A stretch of 64,000 bases of DNA, taken from assembly GCF_009914755.1 (NCBI RefSeq), contig NC_060948.1. One strand, given 5' to 3'. The stretch's first letter is position 1. The number at the start of each line of letters is the position of its first letter. Below, one piece after another: positions 58,982-64,000 of the stretch. This stretch comes from the human T2T-CHM13v2.0 reference genome, Homo sapiens. Both the position numbers and the translations under genes were made by a program. The notes beneath the pieces were generated by a model. It saw only the letters and a program-made list of their open reading frames with translations. It searched no databases and was not told the DNA's origin.

Positions 58982-61107
58982 AGATCCATATTTTTTAAAT
59001 GAAAAAAAATTTCAAAGGTACTCTGCTTGGTACAATAATCAAATGTATAAACTGAGGAATAAAACATAACCATGAAACCTACTTATAACTGCATATGGAA
59101 AATACAGAGGATAATTTTTTAAATAACATATTTTGAAAGCCTTAACTAGTAATTTGAAGAGTTGGCATTTGAAAGGCCAGTATGAATATACCTTCAAAGC
59201 AGCAACACAGGTTCCCCAAGAGAAACAGCAAACTCAGGGAAAATAAAACCACAAAGGTTCAAGCTCTTCTGACCTTTGAAAGACACAGCACAGACAGTGG
59301 TCCTTAGGACGAAGAGCAGGAGACCCCTAATTCCGTCACCATGGCGATAGGGCATAAACATTGCTGGGTGAGGGCACAATCCACATTGTGAGGTCCAACT
59401 GCTGCCAGGAAGACAGGAGTGCTTTTACATAGACCGAAAGGTCATTGAAGGCTCAGAGTTTTGTTTCAAGAACTGAATCCCAAGCCCACACTTTATTAGG
59501 CTGCGCTTCTTAAAACAAGTTATGAGATGTGAAAAAGGGCACCCACAAACATACGTATACATTATGTATATAATAATATACAGTATCAAATATATAATAT
59601 ATATAACCTATGTATAATATTGTTTTACATCCTGCATCTTATATTATATATATTGTCTAAAATATAATAATTGATAATATATAAGTTTTATATTTATACA
59701 ATATGACATATAGTATATATTTTAATTTATGACATATATAATATATGTTATATATCATATATAGAATATATTATACGGTTAATATACGTATTAAATATAA
59801 ATTATACATTATATATATGATATATAATATATCTGTTATATATAATACCCATTATGCATAATATGTATATTATGTCTATGTTATATATAGTATAAAACAA
59901 CATATAATAATATATAATTGTATATATAAAATGCGACATATAATATATATTATATTTTATGACATATGTAATATATATTATATATTATATATAATACGTT
60001 GTATGTATAATACCTATATTAAATATATATTATATGACTATGTTATTAATTACATGTCACATGTGTTATATATCATATATTTTACATAGAATATACCGGT
60101 TACATACAATATATACTATGTTACCTATAATGTATAATTGATTACATGTAAAATAAAGAATGCAATATATTATGTATAATTTATAATATACAATATGTGG
60201 AATGTGATATATATAACATATAATATATGATATATGATATACAGTATATGATATATAACATACAATATATGATACCTAGTATATATGGTATACAATATAT
60301 ATTTTATGATATGTATTCTATATGTTTTATATTCTGTTATATATAACTATTTGAAATTATATATAACTGTATAATATTTTATGTAAATATGTAATATAAT
60401 ATATATAACTATATAATATATTATATATAACTATATATTATGTTATATATACTTTTATATCATAATTTACATAAAATGTCATAATATAATATATATTATA
60501 TTATTTCATATTACATAATATATATTACATATCACCCAATATAAGTAACATACATAATATTATAATATAGATTATATTATGTTATGTTAAATATCATATA
60601 TATCATGTATCATATATTCTATAATATATATTATACATTATATAATATGTATGTTGTCTATTATGTGATATATATAACTATATATTATTATATTATTATA
60701 CATATAACTAGATAAACATGTAATTCTACATATTTTCATTTATAATATATAGAATTATATAATCATATATAATTATTTATATTCTATAAAAAATTATATC
60801 ATTATATAAATTATAATATAAAAAAATTATAATATGTACTACAAATATATATATTATATATCATATATGATATAGTACCTTTGTTATATATCATAATACA
60901 TATAAATGTGTATTATGTTATCTATAATTATATAATTTCATATATAAGATGTATAATATGTATTATATATTGTATATGTTATGTAATATATATAGTATGT
61001 ATAAGCTGACACAGGATAAATATTATATACTATGACATATAAAATATATGAGGTTATATGTTACATATAAGGCATAGCACATAACATGTAATATATATCA
61101 TATATAA

Positions 61108-61399
61108 TTTTTTTTTAGACAGAGTCTTGTCGTGTTGCACAGGGTGAAGCACAATGGCGCCATCTTTGCTCACTGCAACATCTGCCTCACGGGTCCAAGC
61201 GATTGTCCTCACTCAACCTCTCAGGTAGCTGGGAGTACACCACACTGGGACTACACCAGCTGCCACCATGCCTAGCTAATTTTTTGGATTTTTAGTAGTG
61301 ACAGCCTTTCACTGTATTGGCCAGGATGGTCTTGATCTCTTCACCTTGTGATCCCCTTGCCTTGGCCTCCAAAATTGCTGGGATTACTGGCCTGAGCCA
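61108..61399 (-). mobile_element. Alu copy 26 (variant subtype)
   Basis: acagagtcttgtcgtg...ctcaacctctcagg. Confidence 0.95.
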
Positions 61400-63525
61400 A
61401 GATCCATATTTTTTAAATGAAAAAAAATTTCAAAGGTACTCTGCTTGGTACAATAATCAAATGTATAAACTGAGGAATAAAACATAACCATGAAACCTAC
61501 TTATAACTGCATATGGAAAATACAGAGGATAATTTTTTAAATAACATATTTTGAAAGCCTTAACTAGTAATTTGAAGAGTTGGCATTTGAAAGGCCAGTA
61601 TGAATATACCTTCAAAGCAGCAACACAGGTTCCCCATGAGAAACAGCAAACTCAGGGAAAATAAAACCACAAAAGTTCAAGCTCTTCTGACCTTTGAAAG
61701 ACACAGCACAGACAGTGGTCCTTAGGACGAAGAGCAGGAGACCCCTAATTCCGTCACCATGGCGATAGGGCATAAACATTGCTGGGTGAGGGCACAATCC
61801 ACATTGTGAGGTCCAACTGCTGCCAGGAAGACAGGAGTGCTTTTACATAGACCGAAAGGTCATTGAAGGCTCAGAGTTTTGTTTCAAGAACTGAATCCCA
61901 AGCCCACACTTTATTAGGCTGCGCTTCTTAAAACAAGTTATGAGATGGGAAAAATGGCACCCACAAACATACGTATACATTATGTATATAATAATATACA
62001 GTATCAAATATATAATATATATAACCTATGTATAATATTGTTTTACATCCTGCATCTTATATTATATATATTGTCTAAAATATAATAATTGATAATATAT
62101 AAGTTTTATATTTATACAATATGACATATAGTATATATTTTAATTTATGACATATATAATATATGTTATATATCATATATAGAATATATTATACGGTTAA
62201 TATACGTATTAAATATAAATTATACATTATATATATGATATATAATATATCTGTTATATATAATACCCATTATGCATAATATGTATATTATGTCTATGTT
62301 ATATATAGTATAAAACAACATATAATAATATATAATTGTATATATAAAATGCGACATATAATATATATTATATTTTATGACATATGTAATATATATTATA
62401 TATTATATATAATACGTTGTATGTATAATACCTATATTAAATATATATTATATGACTATGTTATTAATTACATGTCACATGTGTTATATATCATATATTT
62501 TACATAGAATATACCGGTTACATACAATATATACTATGTTACCTATAATGTATAATTGATTACATGTAAAATAAAGAATGCAATATATTATGTATAATTT
62601 ATAATATACAATATGTGGAATGTGATATATATAACATATAATATATGATATATGATATACAGTATATGATATATAACATACAATATATGATACCTAGTAT
62701 ATATGGTATACAATATATATTTTATGATATGTATTCTATATGTTTTATATTCTGTTATATATAACTATTTGAAATTATATATAACTGTATAATATTTTAT
62801 GTAAATATGTAATATAATATATATAACTATATAATATATTATATATAACTATATATTATGTTATATATACTTTTATATCATAATTTACATAAAATGTCAT
62901 AATATAATATATATTATATTATTTCATATTACATAATATATATTACATATCACCCAATATAAGTAACATACATAATATTATAATATAGATTATATTATGT
63001 TATGTTAGATATCATATATATCATGTATCATATATTCTATAATATATATTATACATTATATAATATGTATGTTGTCTATTATGTGATATATATAACTATA
63101 TATTATTATATTATTATACATATAACTAGATAAACATGTAATTCTACATATTTTCATTTATAATATATAGAATTATATAATCATATATAATTATTTATAT
63201 TCTATAAAAAATTATATCATTATATAATTTATAATATAAAAAAATTATAATATGTACTACAAATATATATATTATATATCATATATGATATAGTACCTTT
63301 GTTATATATCATAATACATATAAATGTGTATTATGCTATCTATAATTATATAATTTCATATATAAGATGTATAATATGTATTATATATTGTATATGTTAT
63401 GTAATATATATAGTATATATAAGCTGACACAGGATAAATATTATATACTATGACATATAAAATATATGAGGTTATATGTTACATATAAGGCATAGCACAT
63501 AACATGTAATATATATCATATATAA

Positions 63526-63817
63526 TTTTTTTTTAGACAGAGTCTTGTCGTGTTGCACAGGGTGAAGTACAATGGCGCCATCTTTGCTCACTGCAACATC
63601 TGCCTCACGGGTCCAAGCGATTGTCCTCCCTCAACCTCTCAGGTAGCTGGGAGTACACCATACTGGGACTACACCAGCTGCCACCATGCCTAGCTAATTT
63701 TTTGGATTTTTCGTAGTGACAGCGTTTCACTGTATTGGCCAGGATGGTCTTGATCTCTTCACCTTGTGATCCCCTTGCCTTGGCCTCCAAATTTGCTGGG
63801 ATTACAGGCCTGAGCCA
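63526..63817 (-). mobile_element. Alu copy 27 (variant subtype)
   Basis: acagagtcttgtcgtg...ctcaacctctcagg. Confidence 0.95.
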
Positions 63818-64000
63818 AGATCCATATTTTTTAAATGAAAAAAAATTTCAAAGGTACTCTGCTTGGTACAATAATCAAATGTATAAACTGAGGAATAAAA
63901 CATAACCATGAAACCTACTTATAACTGCATATGGAAAATACAGAGGATAATTTTTTAAATAACATATTTTGAAAGCCTTAACTAGTAATTTGAAGATTTG

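Larger units (their letters stand above)
56809..64000. repeat. Diverged DYZ2 subtype block (2417-2418-bp units)
   Basis: Shared substitutions such as gagaaacagcaaactcaggg, ttcaagctct, gatacctagt, aagctgacac and acagagtcttgtcgtg, plus a 2-bp AT-block deletion, not seen in upstream units. Confidence 0.9.

Noticed and set aside
63605-63790. 61-aa ORF MEAKARG...
   Set aside because: Alu-derived frame opened by point changes in one copy, with a TTG start.

Overview
The whole window is one head-to-tail tandem array of about 26.5 copies of a ~2,420-bp composite unit (unit lengths 2413-2422 bp, from the spacing of identical landmarks). Each unit has three parts: a diverged antisense Alu (~292 bp), a ~570-bp GC-richer segment (HSATI-like) and a ~1,560-bp extremely AT-rich block. 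This matches the known human DYZ2/HSat1B satellite, most likely Yq12 heterochromatin. The unit also predicts a 2,146-bp HaeIII fragment, consistent with the classical 2.1-kb male-specific band. I see no credible protein-coding gene, RNA gene or CRISPR array; the listed ORFs are TTG-started by-products of the repeat. I cannot support a new biological system here. The informative signal is the array's internal history: a nascent 7,253-bp three-unit higher-order repeat, single-unit duplications, mappable crossover or conversion junctions, haplotypes shared 7 and 8 units apart, a switch to a diverged and partly ancestral subtype at ~56.8 kb, and traces of the founding Alu insertion. All variant calls were read by eye.
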